From an uncultured virus (IMG/VR IMGVR_UViG_3300035180_003568) (Duplodnaviria > Heunggongvirae > Uroviricota > Caudoviricetes), in the IMG/VR virus record IMGVR_UViG_3300035180_003568: a DNA stretch of 64,000 bases; one strand, given 5' to 3'. This document shows, one piece after another, positions 48,734-58,954 of this stretch. Numbering within the stretch: the first letter of the stretch is position 1; each line of letters opens with the position of its first letter. The position numbers and the translations under genes were made by a program. The notes under the pieces are model-generated. The model saw only the letters and a list, made by a program, of their open reading frames with translations. It made no database searches and was not told the origin of the DNA.

Positions 48734-49114
48734 TTACTTCTTTCGTTTTATCTTAATATTCTCAATTTTAGCCGCCAAATCTCTCATCAATTCTTCTTGA
48801 GGAGAAATCTTTGGAGGTAAAACAATATCATCATAATATAAATCTATAATATCAACAACATCAAGCTTTCTGAATATTGCCCTAATTTCATCTTCCTTTT
48901 CATCATACTCGATATCAACCTCATTAGTTTGAGGCTTTTCTTCAAGAATTTTAAGTCTTTTAGAGTCAATAAGATCTTTTATTCCAACTTTAAGTTCTTT
49001 AAGAGCTTTTTGAAAATTTTTCTTTTTAAGAGACAAAATCTCATCTTTTGATAATTTTGTCTCTTTAAGATTTATATATTCTACTTTTAATATAAGAGTG
49101 CTTCTCATGTCCAT
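48734..49114 (-). CDS. Hypothetical protein
   Basis: 126-aa ORF. Confidence 0.55.
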   Translation of the reverse strand: MDMRSTLILKVEYINLKETKLSKDEILSLKKKNFQKALKELKVGIKDLIDSKRLKILEEKPQTNEVDIEYDEKEDEIRAIFRKLDVVDIIDLYYDDIVLPPKISPQEELMRDLAAKIENIKIKRKK

Positions 49115-49284
49115 GTTCTTTTTCTTTTTCTATTCATGCATAGAATAAATTAATATTTGTTCTTGTTCATAAGAAAATTTACTAGGTATTTGATTTGATC
49201 TACAATTCTTACATATAGAATTTTGTTCTATAGCACGTTCTTTTGAAGATGGAGATTGGTAAGTAATCTCCATATATTGATATA

Positions 49285-50220
49285 TTAGAAACTAGCTTCG
49301 GGATTATTTACTCTAAATAATGGAAGTCCATTTTCATATACCCATTTACATACTTGTAGCCTGTCATCAAACCAACCTGCAATATAATATTTATCCATAA
49401 TTTTATTTAGAAAAATTTCTTCTTTAATAATTACATCTTTTCTTTTATCTCCAGTTTTGCGCATGAATAATTCATATTTAACTTCTGGAAAGAATTTTTG
49501 ATAAAAACGTTCTGTTGGTTCACGATCTTTTTCTTCACGACCAGAAACAAAAAGTATTTTATATCCTGCATTAAAATATAATTTCATACATTCAATAACA
49601 TGTTCATGAGGAAGATCCTCATCACACGTACTTGCATCATATGGGTTTCTGCCCGAATGTATTAATGATATAGTTCCGTCATTATCAAATACAACTGCTC
49701 GCGGCAAAGAAATATTCTGTTTAATCTGCCGCATATTATTTACATTACCAAAATGTTTGCTAAATATCTCAACGCGCGGTTTGTAGAACTTAAACTGCTT
49801 TCCTCCAGATTCCTTCCACCACTTCTTGATAACATCTTCGCCAACCTTTGCCTTACCTTCTCTTTGAGCATCACGAGCTATTGCTTCGTCAATTTCAATA
49901 TAGAAAGCTTTTTCTAGTACTTGAGCCTCAACGTTTGCCGATTTAACGATATCACAAACCGTATCGAAATGTCTGCGGTTAAGATTGAGGTTATCAATAA
50001 TGACATTTTTGCCGCGCTTCAAAGCGTCTCGAAGAAGATAATTACGAGCATCCGTAATCATCTTTTCATAGTCAGCAGACCAAACAGATCCATTCATCAT
50101 CGCGCGCAAATCATCATTATTGATGCGAACCCAGTTATTTGGATCTTTAGCAACTTCTAATTTGGCATATGAACTCTTCCCAGAGGCAGGAATACCAACT
50201 AATAAAATAACTTTCAGCAT
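49285..50220 (-). CDS. Polynucleotide 5'-kinase/3'-phosphatase (T4 PseT-like)
   Basis: GIPASGKS, RINNDDLR, HAD FDNDGT, SGRE, FDDR. Confidence 0.9.
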   Translation of the reverse strand: MLKVILLVGIPASGKSSYAKLEVAKDPNNWVRINNDDLRAMMNGSVWSADYEKMITDARNYLLRDALKRGKNVIIDNLNLNRRHFDTVCDIVKSANVEAQVLEKAFYIEIDEAIARDAQREGKAKVGEDVIKKWWKESGGKQFKFYKPRVEIFSKHFGNVNNMRQIKQNISLPRAVVFDNDGTISLIHSGRNPYDASTCDEDLPHEHVIECMKLYFNAGYKILFVSGREEKDREPTERFYQKFFPEVKYELFMRKTGDKRKDVIIKEEIFLNKIMDKYYIAGWFDDRLQVCKWVYENGLPLFRVNNPEASF

Positions 50221-51202
50221 AATTTTTCCTCGATTTTTATCTTAATAAGACTTTTTACATAGTTAATTGATGGAATATCTGTTCTTACAATTTTTATATT
50301 ATTTTTTATTAATTCTTTTTCTATAAAAGAAAAAAGATCATTATATTCTACTGAATATGGTATGCGAATTAATTTTACATTATTATTAATACAATTAGTA
50401 TCTTTTAGCCTATCTAAGTTTTGTCGAATCGCTAATCTATTTTTAGATTTGTCAAAGCGCATTACTTGAGAATGTTGTGGTCCATCATACTCAAAAGCAG
50501 TGCATAATTTACTACAATATCCGTCTAACTGTAATTTCCTATTAGTTATTGGGTTAATATTCCAATCTTCTCTACTTTGCGCCCATATTTCTGATGTAAA
50601 AAATTCAAATATAAATCTGCAAATCTCTTCTTTAAGAGAAGAGAAACATTTAGAGCATCCATGACCTTTTAATAAAGAAAATGGAGCGATTTTAAATAGT
50701 CCGTGCGCCTTACATATTACAGATATCTTAGTTTTGCTATTAATATAGTTAACTAAACTAAAATCATATTTTGGAAAAATAATTTTTACCTTTGCAATAA
50801 ACTCTTCTGTTGTAGGTTTATATACATTTTTACATTTTGAACATCCATGACCAGATAGTAAATCTTGTGGAGAAATATGAAAATCTCCATGAATATTACA
50901 TGTAATTTTAACTTTGGTTTTATTATTAACAAATAATGTATATTCGTACGAATACAATGGAAAAACAATTTTAGCTAAGTCAATAAACTCGCTATTTGTT
51001 TTTCTATATTTTTTGGAACATTTAGGGCAGCCGCGCCCTTTTAGTAAATCATGTGGCGTAATAAAGAAATTATCATGAAGTTGACAACCAACATTTATTT
51101 TTACAAACGCATTTACATAATTTACATTATCGTAAGATAATGCTGGTTTCACTAATTTTGCTTTTTCTATGAATTGTTCTGTTGTTAATTTTTTTTACTC
51201 AT
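50214..51202 (-). mobile_element. Free-standing homing-endonuclease-like gene (zinc-ribbon repeats + PD-(D/E)XK domain); N-terminus frameshifted at A8
   Basis: Three T.EFI...Y....Y......I.C..HG.F...P..LL.G.GC.KC repeats; LQLDGY...AFEYDGPQH; ATG 51202 is out of frame with the long ORF. Confidence 0.75.
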
Positions 51203-51212
51203 ACCTATATGT

Positions 51213-51296
51213 CTAGATATGTATATTAATCTCTGCCTTTGCCCAGGTCGATTTGCCGGACCCAGGAATTCCAACAGTTAAAAATACTTTAATCAT
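51213..51296 (-). pseudogene. Orphaned 5' end of a PNK gene (MIKVFLTVGIPGSGKSTWAKAE...)
   Basis: Walker A fragment matching the N-terminus of 49285-50220, cut off by the endonuclease gene. Confidence 0.8.
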
Positions 51297-51358
51297 TTTC
51301 TTTCTCGTTTTCTGATGTTCTTGGAGGCTTAATTATTATTGGAAATTCCAATTATCTG

Positions 51359-52294
51359 TCATTTAAAGAACCACGATTGATCATAATACTGAATACCTGC
51401 TCGTGCCGCAAAAGTCTTATCAGTCGTCATATCCCCGACGAAAATCGAGTCTTTGCGAGATAGTTTATGTTTGATCATAAAATCAACGAAGAGACCAGTT
51501 TGTGGTTTGCGACAATAACAACTGATTGGAGCTGATTGATGAGGACAGAACTTATATTCAATATCCAAACCAATTAACTTATTGGTATGCTGAAATAGTT
51601 GGTGACATTTATCAAGCGTTAACTCTCCTTTATGCACGCCGCTTTGATTTGAAATGCCTAACAAAAGATACCCCTGACTCTTATAATAATCAAGGACTTT
51701 TTTTACATTAGGTTTAATCTCGATCTGATCTTCGGAAACAGGAAATTTACCATTTCCATTAATGCACTCGCGCAACGTTCCGTCGTAATCTACGATTAAA
51801 GCCTTTTGAGTGAAGGTTGGATCGTCTTTACGAACAAACTTGAATGTCTCAACCTTGGAGAAGCCTTCTGCCACATCAGGCTTCTGAAACTCTTTCTTGT
51901 ACTTAAAGAGAACTGTCGGCGGGAAGATGTTGGTATGTTTCGCCTTTTTGATTTCTTCGGGAGAAGGAAACTTTCCAATTAAGGAGAAGGCTCGCTGCAC
52001 AACGTTGAAAGTGCAATCTTCAATCGACGTCCCCATCAATTTACAATCTACCTCGGCGCCGTTTGCCTTCGCCATGTCAAGGAACGGCTTGCGAACTTCT
52101 ACAGTTGGGAATAGATTATCTAAAACTACATCCTTGCCACTTTTTAGCAGTGCTTCGAATTTAGGGAGTAGCCCTGCAATAGTTCCACCTTCTGTGTCCC
52201 TATTAAGAGCGATAAATCCTTGATCTGTAAGTTTCTTAGTAAATGTAGACTTTCCAGAAGCAGGCGCCCCACATACCATCGTTACTTTTGCCAT
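51359..52294 (-). CDS. Kinase + HAD-IIIA phosphatase (PNKP-like)
   Basis: GAPASGKST, LNRD, DYDGTL, SNQSG, CRKP, GDMTTD. Confidence 0.88.
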   Translation of the reverse strand: MAKVTMVCGAPASGKSTFTKKLTDQGFIALNRDTEGGTIAGLLPKFEALLKSGKDVVLDNLFPTVEVRKPFLDMAKANGAEVDCKLMGTSIEDCTFNVVQRAFSLIGKFPSPEEIKKAKHTNIFPPTVLFKYKKEFQKPDVAEGFSKVETFKFVRKDDPTFTQKALIVDYDGTLRECINGNGKFPVSEDQIEIKPNVKKVLDYYKSQGYLLLGISNQSGVHKGELTLDKCHQLFQHTNKLIGLDIEYKFCPHQSAPISCYCRKPQTGLFVDFMIKHKLSRKDSIFVGDMTTDKTFAARAGIQYYDQSWFFK

Positions 52295-52313
52295 TTACTT
52301 TAACCTTTAAACT

Positions 52314-52613
52314 TTAAACTTTAAACTTTAACATCTTTTTATTATATTTTGAAATTTCTGATGTATATCTAGTATTTAGTACTTTTTCTTTCCAAGTGAT
52401 GTTTAAAGAAACAATACAATCATCATATTCCCAATACTCATTTAATTCTAAAGTTACGTCTTTAGCATTCTTGGGCACTTCTTTTTTACACCATTCAATG
52501 AAGTAATCTAATGATACTTTTTTAGATACATAATTAAAATCAAAAGTCCTATAATTATTTTGCCAAATATATTTGGTTGGTCGTTTAGGTTTTTGAATTT
52601 TAACCATTATCAA
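52314..52613 (-). CDS. Hypothetical protein
   Basis: ORF; start uncertain. Confidence 0.5.
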   Translation of the reverse strand: MIMVKIQKPKRPTKYIWQNNYRTFDFNYVSKKVSLDYFIEWCKKEVPKNAKDVTLELNEYWEYDDCIVSLNITWKEKVLNTRYTSEISKYNKKMLKFKV

Positions 52614-52812
52614 CCTTCAAATCTTTAAAGTCAACTACCAATTGACCAAATTCTTCCCATTTACCTAGAAATTTAACTGAGTATGAGTTGGTAACTTCAT
52701 ATATCTTCTCCACAACGCATGCGGCGTTCTCTGGAATCCTTCGCTGAAGCGAACGATCAAACCACCCATATACCGGATTCTTAATGTAAACAATCTGACC
52801 AATTTCGAACAT
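52600..52812 (-). CDS. Hypothetical SH3-like small protein
   Basis: MFEIGQIVY start, GAGG SD. Confidence 0.55.
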   Translation of the reverse strand: MFEIGQIVYIKNPVYGWFDRSLQRRIPENAACVVEKIYEVTNSYSVKFLGKWEEFGQLVVDFKDLKVDNG

Positions 52813-52830
52813 ATTGCCTCAAATAATAAA

Positions 52831-52847
52831 AGCCGGCATTGCCGGCT
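52831..52847 (-). terminator. Probable intrinsic terminator after thioredoxin
   Basis: AGCCGGC/GCCGGCT stem followed by TTTTATT on minus strand. Confidence 0.55.
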
Positions 52848-52874
52848 CTCAATTAAAAATGATATTAAATAAAA

Positions 52875-53201
52875 TTAATCGCTTAACTTTTCGCTGACAA
52901 AAGCGTCAAGCGCCGACAACCCAACTAAGCCAATTTTATTGGCAACTGGCACTCCATTTTTGAATAAAATTATTGTTGGTACTCCCCTAATACCAAATTT
53001 AGAAGTAATGGATGGAGAATCATCTATGTCTAGCTTGAGAACCTTAACTGCTGGATTCTTTTCGGCAAATTGATCTAGAATAGGACTCATCCTATGGCAT
53101 GGACCACACCACTCCGCGCCAAACTCTACCAATACAGGCGTGTTTGATTTCAAAACTTCTGATTCAAAGGTTTTGTCGTTTACTGATTTTACGTTGCTCA
53201 T
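52875..53201 (-). CDS. trxA: Thioredoxin
   Basis: WCGPC, GVPT. Confidence 0.93.
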   Translation of the reverse strand: MSNVKSVNDKTFESEVLKSNTPVLVEFGAEWCGPCHRMSPILDQFAEKNPAVKVLKLDIDDSPSITSKFGIRGVPTIILFKNGVPVANKIGLVGLSALDAFVSEKLSD

Positions 53202-53216
53202 TGTTCCTCGTCCTAT

Positions 53217-53244
53217 AAGTTATATCTTAAAAAATTGCTGTCAA
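53217..53244 (-). promoter_or_regulatory. Sigma70-like promoter (16-nt spacer family)
   Basis: TTGACA-N16-TAACTT. Confidence 0.5.
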
Positions 53245-53258
53245 GGGTTCCGCATCAA

Positions 53259-54371
53259 TTATTTATTGATTGATACATCTTCGTTAAGATGTTTGAAGTA
53301 ATCAAAGAATAATTGGTAGGTGTATAGTTTATGCTTAACTATCATCTCCATATTGAAAGAGTTATAAAGTCCCATCACCTGCATTTCTTTGTCAACTTTG
53401 TTTTGTTGAAAAAAACCAATCAGATTTTCGAGGGCTTGCAATTTTGATTTTGTTTTTGACAACTCAGTCAGAACTTTTAATTTTGCAAAGTAGCAAGCAG
53501 TTATCACAAAAACCAATTGCTCTGTTGGTTTTAGACCCGCAAAATCCAGAGTAAGGTTTCCTTGTTCAATTAATGACTTTACGTGAGGTTCGAATTGACG
53601 ATAATGCTTGTACCATATCTTGAAATTAATTCCAGCCTCTTCTCCCACAAATCCAGAAATTATTTGCGTTACCGATTCAATATCAGTAATCTTCAACTCT
53701 TTTGCTTTTAACAAAGCTTCGGAAGCTTGAGTCCAGCCTCTAGGTGAGGGAGATGCATAACATGAAGAATCTATTTTGCCACAGGCAAATTCTGAATTTG
53801 CTCGCAGAAAACCCATAACCAGGTCATGAACATCATGACTTTTCGCCCAATCAATCCACTTCTCAAAATTAAATGATAATATATATTTAGCCCCTCTATC
53901 TAAAAGAGCGGGGCTAATTATATTAGAATAAGCGCCTTCATTAACCAAGTTGCCCGTTAATATGCAGCTTTTTATATTAATGGGGTTCCCGTTAATTTTT
54001 CGGAATTGTAGAATTTCTAATAACGGAGCTGTTACTTCTGGCGCTGCTTTATCTACCTCATCAAAAAGTAATATATATTTATCATTTTTATTTTGATTTA
54101 ATGTTGGTAAATAATAAGGTGATTTGAAGGTAATCACGTCGCCATTACTATTGAGGTCTGGATATCCCGCCAAATCTGGTCGTTCTATAACACTAAGATT
54201 AATATAGCTAATCTTATGATCTAACTCTTGAGCAGCTTGCATAGCAATATGCGTTTTGCCAACTCCTCGCCTACCAAATAGAAAAATGTTTTGCTCCGAT
54301 TTAATAAAAAACTTACTAAGATTAAGAGCTTGTTCCTGATTAATTTCTGGCAAATTCAATGGATTGTTCAT
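53259..54371 (-). CDS. MoxR-like AAA+ ATPase
   Basis: GRRGVGKT, DLAGYP, LFDE, TGN, ALLDR, SPRGW. Confidence 0.82.
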   Translation of the reverse strand: MNNPLNLPEINQEQALNLSKFFIKSEQNIFLFGRRGVGKTHIAMQAAQELDHKISYINLSVIERPDLAGYPDLNSNGDVITFKSPYYLPTLNQNKNDKYILLFDEVDKAAPEVTAPLLEILQFRKINGNPINIKSCILTGNLVNEGAYSNIISPALLDRGAKYILSFNFEKWIDWAKSHDVHDLVMGFLRANSEFACGKIDSSCYASPSPRGWTQASEALLKAKELKITDIESVTQIISGFVGEEAGINFKIWYKHYRQFEPHVKSLIEQGNLTLDFAGLKPTEQLVFVITACYFAKLKVLTELSKTKSKLQALENLIGFFQQNKVDKEMQVMGLYNSFNMEMIVKHKLYTYQLFFDYFKHLNEDVSINK

Positions 54372-54417
54372 GTGTTACTCAAAGATATCACTATCTATAT
54401 AACACACAAACATCCAA

Positions 54418-54924
54418 CTAAATAAAGGGAATCAGGCGTTTAATCTCAGGATCTTCTTTGTATCTCACAATAAATGTTGTTATCATGTGTTTATGAGGGC
54501 ATTTTGTCAATGTTTTGAGAATTTCCTTTTTGGGGAAAATTTCCCCCAAATCGATAAGCAAATCCCAACATTCTTCTTTTATCGCATTTTGCAACAAAAA
54601 TGCGGCTGTTAATGGTATGTGCGCACCATTAGATAACAATAGTTTCATTAATGGATTCATACGCAATAATACAGATATGGGAAGAATCCCTTCCCTAACT
54701 TTAATAGTTAAAGGTGCTTGGTCTCCTTGATTTATAATCGTAGATGACAAAATATTATGCACCTCATCCTGATCAATGACATATTGGAAACTGTCCAATA
54801 AGCTGGGGAAATTAAATGAATGAATAATCAAATCTATCTTATCCGAAACCTCTAAAGAGTCCATTAATTTGTCTGCTTGTAATGACATGGCATCTTTTCT
54901 TAACGCCGCCATGCTTAAAAGCAT
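54418..54924 (-). CDS. Hypothetical protein
   Basis: 168-aa ORF. Confidence 0.55.
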   Translation of the reverse strand: MLLSMAALRKDAMSLQADKLMDSLEVSDKIDLIIHSFNFPSLLDSFQYVIDQDEVHNILSSTIINQGDQAPLTIKVREGILPISVLLRMNPLMKLLLSNGAHIPLTAAFLLQNAIKEECWDLLIDLGEIFPKKEILKTLTKCPHKHMITTFIVRYKEDPEIKRLIPFI

Positions 54925-54940
54925 GTTATTTTTGGCTTCA

Positions 54941-55351
54941 TTATCTCCTTTGGAGATTTTTTTTAATCATTTCTGCCGCATCCCCAAGAGGGATGGAATT
55001 GGCAATATATCGAAGAAAATCATCTTTAAAAAGAGATCTATGTGACTTTTCGCAATAGTCTAAACAAAGAAAGAAATAATTATCATGTTTCTTTCTAAAG
55101 ACAAATGACGTGACTACGACTGTATTAAATATTCTTTGATAGATATAAAGATCTAAAAGATCTAAATTAGACAATATGTTTAAAACTTCCAACTCTGGAA
55201 TTTTATTAGAAAATTGTTTCTCAATGAAGTCTTTAAACATCCCTTCAACAAAGGGCATGTATTTAATACCCAATTTTAGGGTATTCAACTCCTCTTGCGA
55301 AATATTTTTATTGCGTAATGCCGAGAATGCTTCATAAATTTTATTGAACAT
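54941..55351 (-). CDS. Hypothetical protein
   Basis: 136-aa ORF. Confidence 0.55.
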   Translation of the reverse strand: MFNKIYEAFSALRNKNISQEELNTLKLGIKYMPFVEGMFKDFIEKQFSNKIPELEVLNILSNLDLLDLYIYQRIFNTVVVTSFVFRKKHDNYFFLCLDYCEKSHRSLFKDDFLRYIANSIPLGDAAEMIKKNLQRR

Positions 55352-55578
55352 TAGTTAAACATTGGTTTTTCTTCTTGAATGTCAGATAAAAATTCTGGAA
55401 TATAGAAAGACGAATTAAAAGTTTTGATAGCAACTTGCATCTTGTCATTGCCATCCAGCTTGGCTTGATGAAGAATATTATTCTTATCTTTTACTGCAAT
55501 TTCGGCAGAAACAGAAGTTGACACCAAATGCCAAGTTCCTTTGGGACGTGACTTAATATATAGTCCATGAATCATCAA
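55351..55578 (-). CDS. Hypothetical protein
   Basis: GAGG SD, stop/start overlap. Confidence 0.6.
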   Translation of the reverse strand: MMIHGLYIKSRPKGTWHLVSTSVSAEIAVKDKNNILHQAKLDGNDKMQVAIKTFNSSFYIPEFLSDIQEEKPMFN

Positions 55579-55930
55579 AATACCTCTCCATTATATGCTA
55601 AATAATTAGTCCAAACCGATAATCGCATTATTTTTCGTTTAATAGAAATTTGTCTACTTTTAATTCCTCCAGACGGGCTGCTAATTGAGCAATATCTTTT
55701 TTTTGATAGGAGAAGTACGTTTTCATGAATGAAACTTTCGATATCTTTTGAGCAATCTGATAAAAGTTTAATGGGAACAAGCTTTTTCGCACTTTCTCGG
55801 CGGCGAGAAAGATCCTGATGTCTTTCCACCAATATGAATAGGAGAAAATACATCTAATACATAAGTCATAAAACACAATATTATTGTGCTAACAATAATA
55901 ACAAAAAGATCATTCTTTATTGTTTGGCTT

Positions 55931-57058
55931 TCATTTGATCAATGACTGTTCAATCAAATTAATGCATAATTTATCTATCTTCTCGCGATCAGGAGAATGT
56001 GGGAGAATTTTGCAAGAATTGTAAAGTTCATTCAACTGAGCGTCTTCAGTATCAGCAAATTCGATTAGACGATCATATGTCCACGCCCCGTTTCTAATGG
56101 CAAGTAGCTCTTCTCTGTCTGGTCGTTTTACAATAACTTTCCCAGTCGTTAAAATTTCTCGACACATTCTGATTAATCGAACTAAATGATAAGCATGCTT
56201 GGTGTCATATCCAAACTTAGCTTCAAGAGCGGCTCTTTTTTCATTACGATTTTTCCTCCACTCTTGATATTTATCCCACTCTTTCTTGGAGTTAACATAA
56301 GCTCGTTCTTTCTGCATAATCTCCACAAAATTATCGTTTAGACCAATTTTGCGAGCCGCCGCCATCCAGTGTTCATCCGAAGTGATTTTTAGTTCACCCA
56401 ACATATCTGACATAACAGAACGAATGTTAATCTTGGCAGATTCTTCTAATCCTTCCATAAAGTCAAATTGAAATCTATCTAATTCCTTCTGGATCTCGGC
56501 TTGAGCCGCCAATAACTGATCTTTTGGAATCTCCGGTTGCTTTGGGAGCCCTAAACTTTCTCTGGTTGGAAGTTCAGTTGGAGGATTTAATAACCATCTA
56601 CGATGGAGCTTGATTCTATGCAACTGAGAAACTGCATAACCAGTAAATGTATGTTTTATTTTTTTAGATAGGAAAATATCTTTATTCTCTAATAGGGTCC
56701 TACCCAAAGGTGAAACTACAAAATGATCATCATCTGATGTATGCAATACCTCAATGATATTAGGATTGCAGTCTGATGCAAGGTTAATGAATTTTCTAAC
56801 ATCATAAACTACTGCGTCTGGATCTGGTGCTTTTAATTCTGCTTGCTCGAAACGCTTAAAACTGCTAAAAAAATATTCTTTAGGAGGAATAGTTACTCCT
56901 TTAAAGTCTTCGTCAGAAGTATCTGTGTTCGTACCATAAGCGTGGGATCCATGACGGACCAAAAGAATAGTTCGGTCCGTAATCCATGAAATGTTTTGGC
57001 TGCGCTTAGCCATCAAGTCTAATACTGGGTGTGACATAATAATTAATCTTTCTGACAA
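55931..57058 (-). CDS. Pol-beta-superfamily nucleotidyltransferase (RlaP/YcgL-like); start uncertain
   Basis: HGSHAYG..T.TSDEDFKG, NPNIIE, YDTKHAYHLVRL, LLAIRNG. Confidence 0.85.
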   Translation of the reverse strand: MSERLIIMSHPVLDLMAKRSQNISWITDRTILLVRHGSHAYGTNTDTSDEDFKGVTIPPKEYFFSSFKRFEQAELKAPDPDAVVYDVRKFINLASDCNPNIIEVLHTSDDDHFVVSPLGRTLLENKDIFLSKKIKHTFTGYAVSQLHRIKLHRRWLLNPPTELPTRESLGLPKQPEIPKDQLLAAQAEIQKELDRFQFDFMEGLEESAKINIRSVMSDMLGELKITSDEHWMAAARKIGLNDNFVEIMQKERAYVNSKKEWDKYQEWRKNRNEKRAALEAKFGYDTKHAYHLVRLIRMCREILTTGKVIVKRPDREELLAIRNGAWTYDRLIEFADTEDAQLNELYNSCKILPHSPDREKIDKLCINLIEQSLIK

Positions 57059-57220
57059 GAATCCCTATGAATGTGACTATATTTGAATTGAATATTCTTT
57101 TTACAAATATTACATTTGCGACAACAGGGCATAAAATGCAACACACGCATACCAGGGTGATGACAATGACATTTACACTCTTCTTCTGTTAATTGTGCAA
57201 CGTATTCTTCTTTAGTCATA

Positions 57221-57544
57221 TTAAACTCCAAAACTAGATCCGCAACCACAAGCACTAGAAAAATTTGGATTAATAAACTTAAATCCAGAACTCATTAGTC
57301 CATCTAGATAATCTATCTCAACACCATCAAGGTATTGCATTGATAATGGGTCAATAACTACGGTTATGCCGTTAATATCAATTAATTCATCGATGTCTGT
57401 CGGTACGTCCTCAAATGCTATATCGTACTGGAAACCAGAGCAGCCCCCACCGATCACTTGAAGTCTGACCTTCAAATGACCAATTCCTTCTGCCTCAGAA
57501 ATTTCTTTAAACTTCTCAATAGCTTTTTCTGTAATAGTAATCAT
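57221..57544 (-). CDS. A-type Fe-S cluster carrier (IscA/HesB family)
   Basis: GGGCSGFQY, IDY, NPN, CGCGSSF. Confidence 0.92.
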   Translation of the reverse strand: MITITEKAIEKFKEISEAEGIGHLKVRLQVIGGGCSGFQYDIAFEDVPTDIDELIDINGITVVIDPLSMQYLDGVEIDYLDGLMSSGFKFINPNFSSACGCGSSFGV

Positions 57545-57561
57545 ATACGACCTCTCATAGA

Positions 57562-57589
57562 ATCATAATTCTATGAAATTGGATGTCAA
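57562..57589 (-). promoter_or_regulatory. Sigma70-like promoter (16-nt spacer family)
   Basis: TTGACA-N16-TATGAT. Confidence 0.65.
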
Positions 57590-57602
57590 GGGCGCCCGAA
57601 TT

Positions 57603-58640
57603 TTACACGAACGCTGATAATTTTTTTAATTCCGGAAATGACTTCAATAAGTGTTTGATGTCTCCCATTTTACCTTTATTGGCAAGAAGTACTAACATTT
57701 TTTTAGAAGAAATCTGCGGACATTTTTTTATGAGGCGAATAATTTTGTCAGCATAAGCCTTCTTATGATCATAATATTCTGAGTACATTTTTTGTACGTA
57801 AATAGCTGCCACTTCGTCGGCAAGATCTGGAGCTACGTCCAATATATTGATAATATTTCTAAGCCATCTATCTTCTAACAACCAAAAATCGCAACTACTC
57901 ACAAATTTAAGTATGTTTTCTTTATATGCTGGCTTGTATTCAGACTTAAGTGCCAACCTAATTTCATCATCTACTAATGATGACATGATGGTAAAATGTA
58001 CACTTAAATCATTTACTTCAAACAGTGCAGATTTTATCTTTGCATGAATTGCTTTTTGATTATACTTAAACCCATGCAGTCTTAGCTCTTTTAGGAGCGA
58101 CAAATATCTCCAGTCTTGCAATATTCGGTCCATAACATGATTTCCAAAATCATGGACATCTTTAAACAAATACGGTATTAGAAACTGTGTTACTTTGATT
58201 GTTTTTTGCATAGATGAGAATGGAATTATCTCCAAATAAGCCTCTTTAGTTGCCTTTAGAGGATCTCGTCTATGTCGTTTAATCTTACAATATTCTAAAA
58301 ATTGAGAGAATTCCGTGTCATATTTGGGGTCAGGCGATGCTTTTACCCTAATAAGGTTGATGAACCTTTTCTCTAAATAGTTTTGTATTTTTGCTGTAAG
58401 AGTCTTCTCTTTGAGAGAAAAGATTACATTGAGACGAAACGACCAAACTTTTTGGCTGTTTTCCCAAAAAATAACCGAGGATTTTTCAAACTGAGCAAAC
58501 AAATACTCCAAATGATGTTTCGAGTTTAATCTCAATAGAGATTTATAATTTGTTAAATTAACATCAGTGCGCTCGGATAGAAAAATCTGATCTGTTAATT
58601 GTCTAAATTTTGGATGAATTTTTTCCAGCTTTAAGAACAT
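57603..58640 (-). CDS. Hypothetical protein
   Basis: 345-aa ORF. Confidence 0.65.
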   Translation of the reverse strand: MFLKLEKIHPKFRQLTDQIFLSERTDVNLTNYKSLLRLNSKHHLEYLFAQFEKSSVIFWENSQKVWSFRLNVIFSLKEKTLTAKIQNYLEKRFINLIRVKASPDPKYDTEFSQFLEYCKIKRHRRDPLKATKEAYLEIIPFSSMQKTIKVTQFLIPYLFKDVHDFGNHVMDRILQDWRYLSLLKELRLHGFKYNQKAIHAKIKSALFEVNDLSVHFTIMSSLVDDEIRLALKSEYKPAYKENILKFVSSCDFWLLEDRWLRNIINILDVAPDLADEVAAIYVQKMYSEYYDHKKAYADKIIRLIKKCPQISSKKMLVLLANKGKMGDIKHLLKSFPELKKLSAFV

Positions 58641-58658
58641 ATTACATATGTTCTTATA

Positions 58659-58933
58659 TCACCACTTGATTATATCATCGGGATTTACGCCATTTGTAAT
58701 GAACTCAACCGGAACGCCCGTAAAATTCTGCACAGAATCCACAAATGGTTTCAATTCACTCTTATTTGCAGAGTCTTTCCAACCAGGAACTTTTATATAC
58801 TGTGATTTAGCATAGAAAAATCTTCGGAAGAAACTGGAGGCTTCCCATATGAAGCACATACTGGAACCTCTGACATTTTTTCTAGAATATCAAATTTTGT
58901 CAAAATTAAACCATTGATACCGCCAACCTTGCA
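58659..58933 (-). pseudogene. purA: Adenylosuccinate synthetase C-terminal remnant
   Basis: GINGLILTKFDIL..VPVC..Y then (frameshift) YIKVPGW...TGVPVEFITNG. Confidence 0.7.
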
Positions 58934-58954
58934 ATCGTAAAACAAAAAGCATCA

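Noticed and set aside
50214..51296. Group I intron interrupting PNK
   Set aside because: No room for a ribozyme core on either side of the endonuclease ORF, and the downstream PNK has its own complete N-terminus.
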